NCBI GenBank assembly: GCA_963796285.1
Contig: CAWCKW010000012.1
Location: forward strand, 928,001 to 992,000
Length of the DNA: 64,000 nucleotides
Reading direction: 5' to 3'
Origin: Nitrospirota bacterium
GTDB taxonomy: Bacteria; Nitrospirota; UBA9217
The notes below the pieces were generated by a model. The model saw nothing but the letters and a program-made list of their open reading frames with translations. It did not search any database and was not told the origin of the DNA. Shown piece after piece: positions 1-11,010 of this stretch. The position numbers were made by a program, and so were the translations under genes. How positions within the stretch are numbered: the stretch's first letter is position 1; each line of letters begins with the position of its first letter.

Positions 1-121
1 TGCCGGCATGCTCGCTCCGCTTCGGCAATATCCGTTGTCTTACTTGTTTACATACATGATATTTCTGAGGCGGAGCCGTCTTTCCCATCTCCGGAAACTG
101 ATTTATTTTGGCACCAGAATA

Positions 122-610
122 ATGAAAACCCTTATTGCCATGCTGTTTATTGCAGCCATCCTGGTTCCTCTGCCGGCTTTTGCCGTCAATGCAGGGGAAG
201 TTGCTCCCGGATTCAGTCTGAAGGATGTTAACGGAAACGAGGTGACCCTGAATAGTTTGAAAGGGAAAGTGGTTTTCCTTACGTTCTGGGCCACATGGTG
301 CCCTTCCTGCAAAGAGGAACTGCCGGACCTGAATACACTGCAACGAAAATATTCGGCTAAAGGATTTACGGTCCTGAGTATTTGTATTGAATCATCGGAC
401 TCGATCGTGGCGAACTACCTGAAGAAACATCCGGTACTCTTTCCGGTCCTGGTGGACAAAGAAGGAAGTGTTGCGGAGTCTTTTCGCTTTTCCGGATTGC
501 CGGCATCCTTCATAATCGGAAAGGATGGCTTAATCCGGTACAAGCATTCGGGTTACGATAAGGAATCTTTCACCCTGATCGAGCAGGAGATCATTGAGTC
601 TGCTGAATAA
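122..610 (+). CDS. TlpA/ResA-family thiol-disulfide oxidoreductase (exported)
   Basis: Signal peptide MKTLIAMLF...AFA, APGFSLKD, FWATWCPSC motif, cis-Pro GLPASFII. Confidence 0.85.
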   Translation: MKTLIAMLFIAAILVPLPAFAVNAGEVAPGFSLKDVNGNEVTLNSLKGKVVFLTFWATWCPSCKEELPDLNTLQRKYSAKGFTVLSICIESSDSIVANYLKKHPVLFPVLVDKEGSVAESFRFSGLPASFIIGKDGLIRYKHSGYDKESFTLIEQEIIESAE

Positions 611-654
611 ATGAATGAAACAAAAATAAATGATAAAACTAGGAGGAACAAGAA

Positions 655-1583
655 ATGAAATGGATTAGATCATATGGTTTGGAACTGGTTTTGGTATGTT
701 TGGCATGCATGACAATGATGATCGCTTGCGTGCGGAAAATCCAATGATAGCAGTACACCGTCAGCGGTTTATAAAGTAGAGTATGTTCCTGGAACGGGCA
801 TGAACGCGCCGACTGAGGGAAAAACAACATTTCAACTGAAGATCACAAAAACAAGTGATGGATCTCCTGCAACAGGGCTCACGCCGGCGTTGTCATTACA
901 ATGACCATGACCAGCGGTGACTCAGCATGCCACGCCGATAGATCTTGTATCAGGAGTCCAGCACCACGCCCGGCACTTATGATTGCACGGTCTACTACAT
1001 GATGGCATCAGGAGAGGTACAACAATGGGGACATGGGAAATGAAGGTGACGGTCAATGGTGAAACAACGATATTCAATCCCGATGTCGCCATGTCCATGG
1101 ACAGTCGATACGGTGAAAGCGACATTGAAGGGACAGAACGATATAATCAGCAGCATGTCTGGTACGGAAAAGCGATCCTACTATCATTTTCAATGATGGT
1201 CTGACAGCGGCATGGGCATGGGGCAGGCACACTGAGCCTCAAATTCCTTGCACGCCAAGGAGAGCTAATGACTTCTCTGCTCTGTCGGTCAGCACGACGA
1301 CACCTGCATGATGAAACCGGTGCGCATGGATCCGCCGACCCCGTTACCGTGGAGGCATCCCTGGATGGGAACAAATTGGACAACGCGGCACGAACACCAA
1401 GGGCGGTCACTGGTCAATTTCCCTTTAATGTCAGGCATCACCTCCAGCGTCACGAACACGATCTATGTTCGCCTGTCTGTCGGCAAGAACGGTGGCGTGG
1501 CCGAGCAGAAAACCACTGACGGCAATGCGGCATCCGGCAGCAACGGATATCAGACCATTCTTGTGACGCCGAGCAGCATGTAA
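655..1583 (+). CDS. Met-rich lipoprotein with YtkA-like domain, multiply frameshifted
   Basis: SD GGAGG before ATG 655; pieces in different frames read YKVEYVPGTGMNAPTEGKTTFQLKIT..MTM..HATP..GTYDCTVYYMMASG..MGTWEMKVTV; ends TAA 1583. Confidence 0.55.
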
Positions 1584-2574
1584 ATGGATATGCGGCGATT
1601 TAAGATTTTGTTCTCATCGTTTCCTGACAGCGGCCCTCCTTGGGGGGGCCGCATGTCTCTTGCCTCCATCGGCCTGGGCCGGTTCCTGCTGCGGAGGCGG
1701 AGGCGGCGCGACCCTGCTTCTGCCGAAGTTCTCTCAGGGCATGGTCGATGTTTCCTTTGATCTGGAAAAATACGACGGTTTCTGGAACCAGGATGGGAAG
1801 TATACACCGGACCCTGCGGGATCCGATCTGCGGCAATACCGTCTGAACACGGGGCTTGCCCGGCGTCTTTCTACGAAATGGCAGGTCAGCGTCCTCGTTC
1901 CCTATGTCTGGAACGTCAATAGATATGCCTCGGGTACCCATCGAACGGACGGGATCGGCGACATGACATTGAACGCCTGGTATGAAGCGCTCGATGATAC
2001 TTCCGCGTGGAAGATACGTGATCTGAAGGACCTGACGCCTTCGATCACTATCGGTCCCTCACTGGTCATTCCCACCGGCATCTCGCCCTATGACGGTGTG
2101 CCCAGCGATGATGTGACCGGCCGCGGCTTCTACAGGCTCGATGGGAACATCATTATCTCGAAAACCCTCCACCCCTGGAGCGCTTCTGTTGCTCTGAGCT
2201 ATGGGAGTTATCTTGAACGACCTGTCAATCGGGAAGTAGACTACGTCCCGCCGTACCGTAAAAAACTGGGGGACCGATCATCCGCGTCAATTTCATTAAG
2301 CTACATCTATTACCTCGGGTCCGGTGGAGATGCATTGACCGGCACTGCTTCGCTGTCGGAATTACGTGAAGCTGATGCGACCAGAGACGGCAATCGGATT
2401 GATAACAGCGGACTTAAGAAGGACTCGATCGGCGGTTCCATTGCCTACTCAAGCACTGATCATGATTGGGGGGTCAGAGCGATATGGATTCATACGGTCA
2501 AGCAAGACGGTTGGGGGATAAACTTCCCTGCAACCGACATCTATACCATCGGGGTGAATTATGGGTTCCGCTAA
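1584..2574 (+). CDS. Outer-membrane beta-barrel (transporter/MetA-pathway-like family) with N-terminal SCCGGG motif; frameshift in signal peptide
   Basis: AWAGSCCGGGGG after signal region, GIGDMTL and IPTG barrel signatures, C-terminal GVNYGFR. Confidence 0.7.
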
Positions 2575-3121
2575 TATGCGTTGGCTAATACAGTTGCTGA
2601 TTCCGATCTTTCTTGCGGGATGCGGCGGCATGATGGATGATCTTAATCCGTCTAACATCGACAAACAGGCGACCGTTCAAGCAGGTACCGTGGGGCCCGC
2701 TGTTGGCCAGAATGCTCCGGATTTCACGCTTTCCGACACCCTCGGGACCAGCGTCACGCTCTCGTCCGTGCTTACCGGGACTGCCGTGAACGGCGTTGTT
2801 CTGTACTTCACCATGTGGTGCCCGACCTGCGACATACATATGAGCAGCATGCGAAGTTCCCAGATCCCGATGTTTCCGAATGTGCGTTTTTACGCTGTCG
2901 ATTATGTGTCAAGCACAGTTGCTGATGCCAGGAATTCAGAGCTATCGAACGGGTATGAAGGATCCGGATTCATTGTTCTGGCGGATACGGTTCAGACAGT
3001 ACTGAATCTTTACCATGGCACAATGGGGACCACTGTTGTCATTGACAAAACGGGTATCATACGGATGAACGAGGATTATAAGGACGATAGATTGACGGCA
3101 GCGCTCACGAGTTTACCGTGA
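2561..3121 (+). CDS. Redoxin-domain lipoprotein
   Basis: Lipobox LAGC, APDFTLSD, FTMWCPTC. Confidence 0.8.
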   Translation: MGSANMRWLIQLLIPIFLAGCGGMMDDLNPSNIDKQATVQAGTVGPAVGQNAPDFTLSDTLGTSVTLSSVLTGTAVNGVVLYFTMWCPTCDIHMSSMRSSQIPMFPNVRFYAVDYVSSTVADARNSELSNGYEGSGFIVLADTVQTVLNLYHGTMGTTVVIDKTGIIRMNEDYKDDRLTAALTSLP

Positions 3122-3153
3122 CCGGGGCACTCAATACAACTAAGGAGCAATTC

Positions 3154-3621
3154 ATGTTGAAACGAAGATTTGCCATCATCGCTGTACTCACCGTGGTTCT
3201 GGTCGGTATGGCTGAAATGAATGTCCTGGCCCAGGACGATATTGATGCTCACCGCTCCTGTGCCAGCTGCGGCATGGACAGGAAAGCCTACGGATACAGC
3301 CGTATGCTGATCCAGTATGAGGACGGGGCCATGGTAGGCACCTGCAGCCTGCATTGTGCCGTTGTCAAGCTTGATGCAAACCAAGGGCGGACGGTGAAAT
3401 CCCTTCTCGTCGCCGACAGGGACTCCCGGACGCTGATCGATGTTGAGCATGCGATCTGGGTCATGGGAGGTGGAAAGCGCGGTGTCATGACGCAACAGCC
3501 TACGTGGGCCTTCCAGTCAAAGGCAGGCGCTGAAGCGTTCATGAAGGCGAACGGAGGGAAGATGGTCACCTGGGCCGAAGCCCTCGCTGCTGCCAGGGAG
3601 GAGCTGGTCCAGAAGCATTGA
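3154..3621 (+). CDS. nosL: NosL-family copper chaperone-like protein
   Basis: CASCGM, CSLHC, GVMT..PTWAFQSKAGAEAF..NGG motifs. Confidence 0.75.
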   Translation: MLKRRFAIIAVLTVVLVGMAEMNVLAQDDIDAHRSCASCGMDRKAYGYSRMLIQYEDGAMVGTCSLHCAVVKLDANQGRTVKSLLVADRDSRTLIDVEHAIWVMGGGKRGVMTQQPTWAFQSKAGAEAFMKANGGKMVTWAEALAAAREELVQKH

Positions 3622-3738
3622 CAGATTCTATATCAGCCCCGTAAGCTGTTAGACACCGCTTTTAATGAAAGCGCAGGCACCTGCAACTATGTTGTTGATT
3701 CATCGGGAAGTTGTGTCTTTTATCAAGTTAGTGTATGA

Positions 3739-3766
3739 TTGACGTAAATAAAATAAGCGCTATAAT
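3739..3766 (+). promoter_or_regulatory. Sigma70-type promoter for cop operon
   Basis: TTGACG-16 bp-TATAAT. Confidence 0.55.
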
Positions 3767-3828
3767 AAAATTCAAGCAATAGAAGAATGTTGAACGTTAT
3801 TAATTTATAGGAGGAACATAAGCGTCGT

Positions 3829-4801
3829 GTGAAGAGTTCAATTGTGAGATTGCTGGCAGCAAGCTGTTCTGTTTCAGTCTTATAATGATCATCGCATCGA
3901 TCCCGTCAACTTCATTCGCCCATGGGGTCGCGGGACAACGGTTTTTCCCCACGACCTTTGCCGTGGATGATCCATTCATTTCTGATGAGTTTTCCGTGCT
4001 GTATCAATTCGATAAAGATGAACGATGACGCGGGCGGGCCGCAGCGTTCGGACTTCGTCATTTGATGTCGGATATTCCAAGCGCATCCTGCCCAACTTCG
4101 GGATTGAGGTCGCTGAATCGTACCAGCGCCTGCACACCGAGGGCGACGGCACTGTCAGCGGCTATGGCAACCTCGAAGTGAATGCAAAATATCAGTTCTA
4201 CACGAGCGCTTCAACATGAAACGATCATTTCTTTGGTGTGTCGGACGAAATCGGACAATACCGGTTCCAGCAAAGATCGGCTCGGAGTCCTTCTCCGACA
4301 ATTTCGCCCGCGCTTCTATTTTCGGCAAAGGGTTCGGCGACCTGCCCGACTCAATGCAATTACTTGAAGCCTCTCGCGATCACCGGGGTCATCGGTCCGA
4401 ACTTCCCTTCGCAGAAACAAACGATCACCGTAAACGCGGACACAGGTGACATAGATGTGGAACGTCATCCGACCACGCTGACGTGGGCGTTCTCTCTACA
4501 GTACAGCCTGATGTATCTCCAGTCGGCGGTAAAGGACGTGGGGCTTGGCGCTCCCTTCAACCGGATGGTCGCGGTCGTCGAATTTCCGATGGAGACGTGC
4601 CTGAACACGGACTGCAAAAATCAGACGACCGGGACCGTAAACCCGGGGATCGCCTGGATCGGCAAATATACGGAGTTGGGCATTGCCGCGGAGATCCCGA
4701 TGAACCCGCGTTCAGGAGCGGGTACCGGGGTCTTCGTCCTTTTTCACCTCTTTATCGATGACCTGTTCCCGAAGAGCATAGGGAGACCGATATTCCCGTG
4801 A
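3829..4801 (+). CDS. Copper-operon-associated outer-membrane barrel protein, frameshifted
   Basis: Mature N-terminus HGVAGQRFFPTTFAVDDPFISDE; GYGNLEVNAKYQFY; C-terminal LHLFIDDLFP-like end; overlaps copC start. Confidence 0.6.
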
Positions 4802-5184
4802 AAATATCTGCACAATCACTCACTATCCGGACTTCATCCGCTCTTCTGTTCACGGTGTTCCTCCTAATAATGCCGAACGCAGCGCGAGGCCATGCGTACC
4901 CGGACCACGCAGATCCCAAGGTAGGAGCGACGATCAACACCTCTCCCGACCGCGTGCGCATATGGTTTGACAGCGATCTGGAACCGGACTTTTCCACGAT
5001 CATGGTCCATAATGCGGAAAACACGATGGTGAGCAACAGGGACAGCCGCGTAAATCCGTCAGATGCGACACTTCTTGAGGTGAGTGTGCCGCGGCTGCCT
5101 CCGGGCAAATATCGCGTCATCTGGAGCGTCGTGGCAAGGGACGGGCACCTTACTCAGGGTGACTATACATTCTCTATCAGATGA
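4798..5184 (+). CDS. copC: Copper resistance protein CopC
   Basis: Mature N-terminal HAYPDHADP, GKYRVIWSVVARDGH. Confidence 0.9.
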   Translation: MKISAQSLTIRTSSALLFTVFLLIMPNAARGHAYPDHADPKVGATINTSPDRVRIWFDSDLEPDFSTIMVHNAENTMVSNRDSRVNPSDATLLEVSVPRLPPGKYRVIWSVVARDGHLTQGDYTFSIR

Positions 5185-6979
5185 CTTTCTTTATTCACAT
5201 CATTCCCGAATGGCTCGAACTCGCCGCCCTGACCTTCTGCATCGGGCTGCTTGGTTGCCGTCTCTGGGTCTCTACCCGGTCAGCGAACGCCGGGTTTATT
5301 GAACAAGAACATATCCTTGACAATATACGGCGTCTGCTCGGCGTCTGCATGGCCTTAATGTTCTTCGGCAGCGGTGTCAATTTGATCTGGCGCGCCGCGG
5401 AGATGAGCGGCCGTCCACTCTCGACAATTTTGCCCGTGCTCCCGAGGGTGATATTTCATACCCATCTCGGAGGCGCCTGGTTTATTCGCATCGTGGCACT
5501 TGTCCTTTTGTCGCTTACGCTCCTGGCGGGCCGGCGGCTCCGTAATGCGCGCGGAATTACAGGTTTCATGCTCTGCATCGCCGTCATCATCGCTATGACC
5601 GAAAGCGCATCAGGACACGCCTCGGATAAAGGCGACTTCAGCATCCTTGAAATAACGGATTTTTCCCACCTCCTCGCCGCCAGCGCTTGGGGAGGCGGGC
5701 TCTTGGCCTTGTCCCTGGTTATTCTTCCAAATTTGGCAAGGGCAGGCGATCAATCAGCAGCGCTGATAGCGGACATTGCCTGCAGATTTTCCAGGATAGC
5801 GGGCATCGCCGTCGGGATCATCGCGATTACAGCGCTCTACAACGCGTGGGCATTCGTTGGGAGTTTCGAATCGATCTGGACGTCGCCCTACGGTTGGACG
5901 GTGTTTGCCAAAGTAATTCTCTTTTCCCTCCTCATTTCCCTCGGCGCATTCAATCGGTACGTCAGCGTTCCCCTGTTGCTGGAATGGGGAGGGACTTCCC
6001 GCGCATCACGGGGCATGATTACTCGCGCTGCAAGCCATTTGTTTTCTCGATATTTCCATAATCCAGATGGACTCCAGATCGCGTTAAGATTCAAACGGAA
6101 CGTAAAGGTCGAGGCGATGCTTATGCTCGGGGTGCTCCTGTGCGCCGCCATGCTCCGCCACGAAATCCCCGCTCTCCATCATTCCCATATTGAACATGAA
6201 AGGCAGCGACATGCGGCCAAGGGACCAACGCCGGTTGTCAGCTTTGAGACAGAGCCTTCAAAGATAACTGCCCAGACCCCCGTGACGATGACGGTCCGCA
6301 TGAAAGATCCGGACGGAAGGCCGCTGCAAGGACTTGAGGTCTCCCACGAACGGATACTCCATGCAATTATCGTCGGCCAGGACATGAGGACCTTTGCGCA
6401 TATCCACCCCGAGGATGCGGGGCCGATCACCCGTGAGATGATGAAAAAGGCGGACTTCCCACTCCACTTCACATTTCCGAAGGCCGGGGAATATCTTGTC
6501 GGCGCCGACTTTTTTGCGGGAGATGAATTTTACAGCAGGATGTTTCACCTCTCTGTTTCTGGCAAGCCGGCAATGGAAGGGCCAACGACGGATTTCTCGA
6601 CGAGAAAGAATTTCGGCGAATACAGGGTCACCATGTCAGCTTCCCCGGCGAATATCAAGGCGGGCGAGGAAACGTCGCTCAGTTATATCATTGAAAAGAA
6701 CGAGAAGACGGTTACGGACCTCAATCCCTACCTGGGCGCAGCGATGCACATTGCTGTCGTCTCCGTAGACCTCAAACAGTATATTCACGTTCACGGGTCC
6801 GTTCCCGGCGAGCCCCATGATCACCAGGACCATATGCATACCAAAGCCCCCTAAAAAGTTCGGCCCGGAGATAGAGGCCGACGTCGTCTTTCCCGTCAAA
6901 GGGGATCTATACGATATTTAGTCAGGTAAAACACCGCGACAAGGTACTTCTCTTCGATTTTATGGTGAATGTACAGTGA
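5181..6979 (+). CDS. copD: CopD membrane protein fused to two His-rich soluble metal-binding domains; frameshift near 6850
   Basis: SGHA, HLLAASAWGGGL, YG..K..L motifs; tail KFGPEIEADVVFP..FSQVKH..FMVNVQ continues in other frames to TGA ~6979. Confidence 0.8.
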
Positions 6980-6995
6980 TCAAACAGGTGATAAA

Positions 6996-7458
6996 ATGAC
7001 TTATACGATTGGCGGGAACGCTGTCATCAGGAGAATAATAGCTCTCATCTCAGCTCTTTTTTATTTGCTGCTCATTTCCTGCTCGCGCCAGACCGTCTAC
7101 CCACCTGCGCCTCAAAGCGGAACGGATGTCGTCATTGAAGTAGCTGCGCTCCAGTCTGAGGTGCCGAAATTCTATACCTACCACTATCAAGGCAAGAACA
7201 TAAGTTTCTTTTTGCTCAAGGTCCAGGACAGGGTCCTTGCCTTTCTCGATGCCTGCGCAAGTTGCTATCCTCACAAACAGGGATTCCGCTATGAGAACGG
7301 TTGTGTTTCCTGCCGCTATTGCGCTATGCAATTTCCGGTTCGCAAAGCTCGAACAAGGGATCGGCGGGTGTTACCCGATCAAACTGGAAGGCAGGCTTGA
7401 AAATGGCCAGTTTCGTATTCCGGTAAAGTCGCTTGAAGCGGCCGCTGATAAATTCTGA
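6996..7458 (+). CDS. DUF2318-like membrane Fe-S protein, frameshifted
   Basis: DACASCYPHKQGF..CRYC then GIGGCYPIKL in the next frame. Confidence 0.7.
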
Positions 7459-7565
7459 CACAACCCGTTTGTTCTTACGGTAAAAGATGGTTACCCTCTG
7501 TTGCTCGTTGTTTTGTTCTCCGTCTGCGATCCCCATCAACCGCATGCGAGCATCTCACGCCATGC

Positions 7566-8696
7566 TTACTCTTTACCAAAAGGACAGACTGGATAGCGGC
7601 AAACATCACAGTTCATGCAAAGCCCCCCGTGTCCCAGTGTTGCCAACTCTCTTCTTCCGATCCTTTCACCGGCCAGTACCCGTGGGAGAATGAGGTCGAA
7701 GATGGTCGTTTTATGATACATACCGCAGGCAGGAATACCTAAAATAGGGACAGGATACAGGGCCCTGGGAGCGGGGTCTTGAGTACCCTGTTCCGGCCCT
7801 TGCTCCAGATAAGCCACAAGAAACATCGCACCCGGAAGCACGGCCGAACCGTAGCTTATGTCCGTGGCACCAAGGTCCCTGATCGCGAACCTGGTCACAT
7901 CATCGGGGTCCACGGACATGCCACCGGTAGTGATGAGCAGATCAGCGCCCGCATTCAGCAATTCCCGCAGCCTGTCAACAATGAATGCTTTATCATCAGG
8001 CGCATAATACACGCCGACCATCTCCCCGCCGAATTCCTCGATCTTCTTCGCGATGATCGGTGCAAAGGCATCCTTGATCCTGCCGTGATATACCTCATTG
8101 CCGGTAATGACTACGCCGGTTTTTGGTTTTCGGAGTTCCCTTACCTGGATCACGCCCTGGCCCTTGCCCCTTGACACTTGATCCCGACCCGCTGTCTTTA
8201 CCGCCTCATCAACAATGGTCCTTTTTATCACCAGCGGGATCGCCCGCGTCCCTGCCACGGTCTGTCCTTTTTTGACGATCATATTGTCGTGGAGCGTTGC
8301 GCACATCACTTCGCCCAATAGATTGAATTGAAAAAGCGCGTCTCGATCGATCTTCAATATGCCGTCATGGGCCGCTATCAAGTCAATCTTCCCTTCTTTG
8401 GGCTCACCCTTGATCACCACTCCGTCTCCCATAAGCGCGTTGGCAAGCGCATATGCCGCGTCGTTCTCATGCATTTCATCTTCAGCCACGTGCAGAACAA
8501 ACAAGTGTTCTTTGCCAAGCCGCTGGAGGTGACAGACGTCCTCTTCCCGGATGATGTGCCCCTTCTTAAAAACAGGTCCCTTGAATTCGCCTTGCCGAAT
8601 CTCGGTTATATCATGGGCAAGGACCGTGCCGACGGACTCGTGCACCGGGATGGACTTGGTTCCCGTTCTTGTGCTTTCATGGAGCGAGTCACACAT
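7566..8696 (-). CDS. Molybdopterin-binding protein (MoeA-like C-terminal domain)
   Basis: VLAHDIT, ITGNEV, TTGGMSVDPDD, GHGGLCMNCDVCRYPVCPFGK. Confidence 0.85.
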   Translation of the reverse strand: MCDSLHESTRTGTKSIPVHESVGTVLAHDITEIRQGEFKGPVFKKGHIIREEDVCHLQRLGKEHLFVLHVAEDEMHENDAAYALANALMGDGVVIKGEPKEGKIDLIAAHDGILKIDRDALFQFNLLGEVMCATLHDNMIVKKGQTVAGTRAIPLVIKRTIVDEAVKTAGRDQVSRGKGQGVIQVRELRKPKTGVVITGNEVYHGRIKDAFAPIIAKKIEEFGGEMVGVYYAPDDKAFIVDRLRELLNAGADLLITTGGMSVDPDDVTRFAIRDLGATDISYGSAVLPGAMFLVAYLEQGPEQGTQDPAPRALYPVPILGIPACGMYHKTTIFDLILPRVLAGERIGRRELATLGHGGLCMNCDVCRYPVCPFGKE

Positions 8697-9054
8697 GCGA
8701 ACCTCCCGTGAAAAGAGCTTTAAACTTCTCATCAACGATCTCTTGAATGCCTGTTTCCAGCAATTCGAACTTCCTCAGGAACACTCTCGCATGTTCGGTA
8801 AGCAGCGCGCCGCCGCCGTTCTTCCCTCCGGTCTGCCGCTCGATCAGTTTCACGCCGAGCCGGTCTTCCATGGCCTTGATGTGGCTCCATGCCTTGCGGT
8901 ACGAGATGCCTACCTCGCGCGCTGCGCGATTGATCGAGCCGTGCAGATCAATGGCCTCAAGAAGAAACCTCCTGCCCCTGCCGAATACCGGCTCACCGTC
9001 AACTTCGATCCATATCTTCGACCTGATGTCCATGCCGTTATGTTTTTTTTGCAT
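8689..9054 (-). CDS. ModE-family winged-helix regulator
   Basis: KIWIE..FGRGR..GSINRAA..ISYRKAW..GGKNGGGALLT. Confidence 0.85.
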   Translation of the reverse strand: MQKKHNGMDIRSKIWIEVDGEPVFGRGRRFLLEAIDLHGSINRAAREVGISYRKAWSHIKAMEDRLGVKLIERQTGGKNGGGALLTEHARVFLRKFELLETGIQEIVDEKFKALFTGGSHV

Positions 9055-9676
9055 AACGCACCGTCAAAAAAGAGTCTTTCACTATATAGTAGCCACCCCC
9101 GGCACAGGGAATGCACAGGACCTTTCCGTCCTGATGGACCTCTCGCATGTCCTGGACATGTTCACCGCAAACATCGCACGGTACTCTGCGCAGAGGCCTC
9201 CCCGGCATGTCCTGGGGCCGTATGTCAATAGACACTTCCATCACATTAAATAGCTCTTCGTCCGGCATGATCTTGTATGCCTCGAGCTGGGCTGTGTACT
9301 TGTTCTCGATTTCCGGCAAATGATCCTTTGCCTTCTGACGACAATCCTCGCGAGCGATGATCCGAACAGCATTGCCCGTGTTGAGGTTCATGAATGTTGC
9401 GGCCATCTTGCCGTAGTCCAAAAACCTCAACGTCCGGCGGCCGAGGCTGCATCCCGTGACGGACTGGACCGCATCCGCGGCGCACCGGTCCATCTCCACG
9501 AAAACGATGATGTTCTTACGGTCGTTGCCTTTCGGGTCATTGACGCCGATCTCGCGCAGTCCGAGCATGGACATCCTCACCCCCAACACCTGTCCCGCGC
9601 ACAGATGACCGTGCACTTTTACAGACCCGGCCAGCAGTTTATCGAAACTAGATGCCTGTTCAGTTTTGTCATTCAT
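9038..9676 (-). CDS. FmdE/FwdE-family protein with C-terminal C4 zinc finger
   Basis: HGHLCAGQVLGVRM, DRCAADA, CDVCGE..CIPC. Confidence 0.85.
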   Translation of the reverse strand: MNDKTEQASSFDKLLAGSVKVHGHLCAGQVLGVRMSMLGLREIGVNDPKGNDRKNIIVFVEMDRCAADAVQSVTGCSLGRRTLRFLDYGKMAATFMNLNTGNAVRIIAREDCRQKAKDHLPEIENKYTAQLEAYKIMPDEELFNVMEVSIDIRPQDMPGRPLRRVPCDVCGEHVQDMREVHQDGKVLCIPCAGGGYYIVKDSFLTVRYAKKT

Positions 9677-9801
9677 CCGGATTACGTCTCTCCTTATCCT
9701 GACGGTTCGCTGGGAAATCGCCACCATATAAATTATACTATATAATTATCGGACAGCAATATAATTTTCATCATTTCACAATACTCATCATGCCGGATGA
9801 A

Positions 9802-11010
9802 CTACTCGTATCGAAGCGCCTGGATGGGGTCCTGGAGCGCGGCCCTGCGCGCCGGGTACACGCCGAAGAACACGCCCACGGCAGCGGAAAATGTAAATGC
9901 CATGATGATGGACCAGGCCGAGACGCTCGTGGGAAGAACAGTCACAAATACGGGGATAAGAAGGGCAAGGCCGACTCCCAGCAGAATGCCGATCACCCCG
10001 CCCGCGCCGGAAAGCGTTATCGCCTCGATCATGAACTGGGCCATGATGTCCCTGTTCCGTGCGCCAAGGGCCTTCCGGATGCCGATCTCTCTCGTGCGTT
10101 CGCGCACCGAGACCAGCATGATGTTCATGATGCCGATGCCTCCGACGATAAGCGAGATACCCGCGATGCCGCCGAGCACGGCGGTCAGCACGCCGAGGAT
10201 CGTGTTCATCGTTTCAAGCATGGCCCCCTGGGTCTGGATAGTGAAATCCTCCTTGTGGGCATGCCGCTTGATCAGGATGTCCTTGATCTGGGCAATGGCG
10301 CGGTCGACATCCTCGGCCCTCGGTGTCGATGCGATGATCTCAAAGAGCGAGTCGGTATCAAAAAGTTCCTGGCCGCTGGTCACCGGAACGTACACGACGT
10401 CATCGATGTCCATACCGAGGCTGGTCCCCTTTTTCCGCATGACACCGACCACGCGATAGCGCGCATCGGACAGCGTCACCACCTTGCCGAGCGGATTGTC
10501 CGCGCCGAACAGCTCTTCCTTGACCTTTGTGCCGAGCACGATGATCTTGGCCTTTGAATCCACATCGCCCTGGGAAACATAACTTCCCGTGTCGACGAAG
10601 AGACTCCTCACCCGCTGGAATTCCGGCGTCGTGCCGATCACCATGGTGTCCCGGGCCATGTTCCCGAACTTGATCTTTCCGGTGCCGAACACGAGCGGCA
10701 CCGCGTCAGTCAGAAGCCACGCGCGCCGCCTGAGCGCCTGCGAATCGTCATACGTCAGCTTGCGCACCGTGCCCGCCGACGGAGGATGGAACCCGCCGCG
10801 CGTGGAGGTCTTCCCCGGCGTGATAATGAGCAGGTTCGTCCCGAGGCCGGTCAGTTCTTTCGTGATGTACACCTGCGCACCCTCTCCGATAGACACGAGC
10901 AGGATCACGGCCATGACGCCGATGATCACGCCGAGCATGGTGAGCCCCGAGCGGACCTTGTTCGAGAGGATCGCCTCGAAGGCGACGCGGAATGTTTCTA
11001 TAAAGTTCAT
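9802..11010 (-). CDS. MacB/FtsX-type ABC transporter permease
   Basis: LTMLGVIIG, VRERTREIGIRKALGA, DPIQALRYE. Confidence 0.92.
   Translation of the reverse strand: MNFIETFRVAFEAILSNKVRSGLTMLGVIIGVMAVILLVSIGEGAQVYITKELTGLGTNLLIITPGKTSTRGGFHPPSAGTVRKLTYDDSQALRRRAWLLTDAVPLVFGTGKIKFGNMARDTMVIGTTPEFQRVRSLFVDTGSYVSQGDVDSKAKIIVLGTKVKEELFGADNPLGKVVTLSDARYRVVGVMRKKGTSLGMDIDDVVYVPVTSGQELFDTDSLFEIIASTPRAEDVDRAIAQIKDILIKRHAHKEDFTIQTQGAMLETMNTILGVLTAVLGGIAGISLIVGGIGIMNIMLVSVRERTREIGIRKALGARNRDIMAQFMIEAITLSGAGGVIGILLGVGLALLIPVFVTVLPTSVSAWSIIMAFTFSAAVGVFFGVYPARRAALQDPIQALRYE

Noticed and set aside
9717-9755. Possible ModE box upstream of the fmdE-modE-moeA-like operon
   Set aside because: AT-rich TATAT half-sites only; the flanking CG(T/C)T consensus is missing
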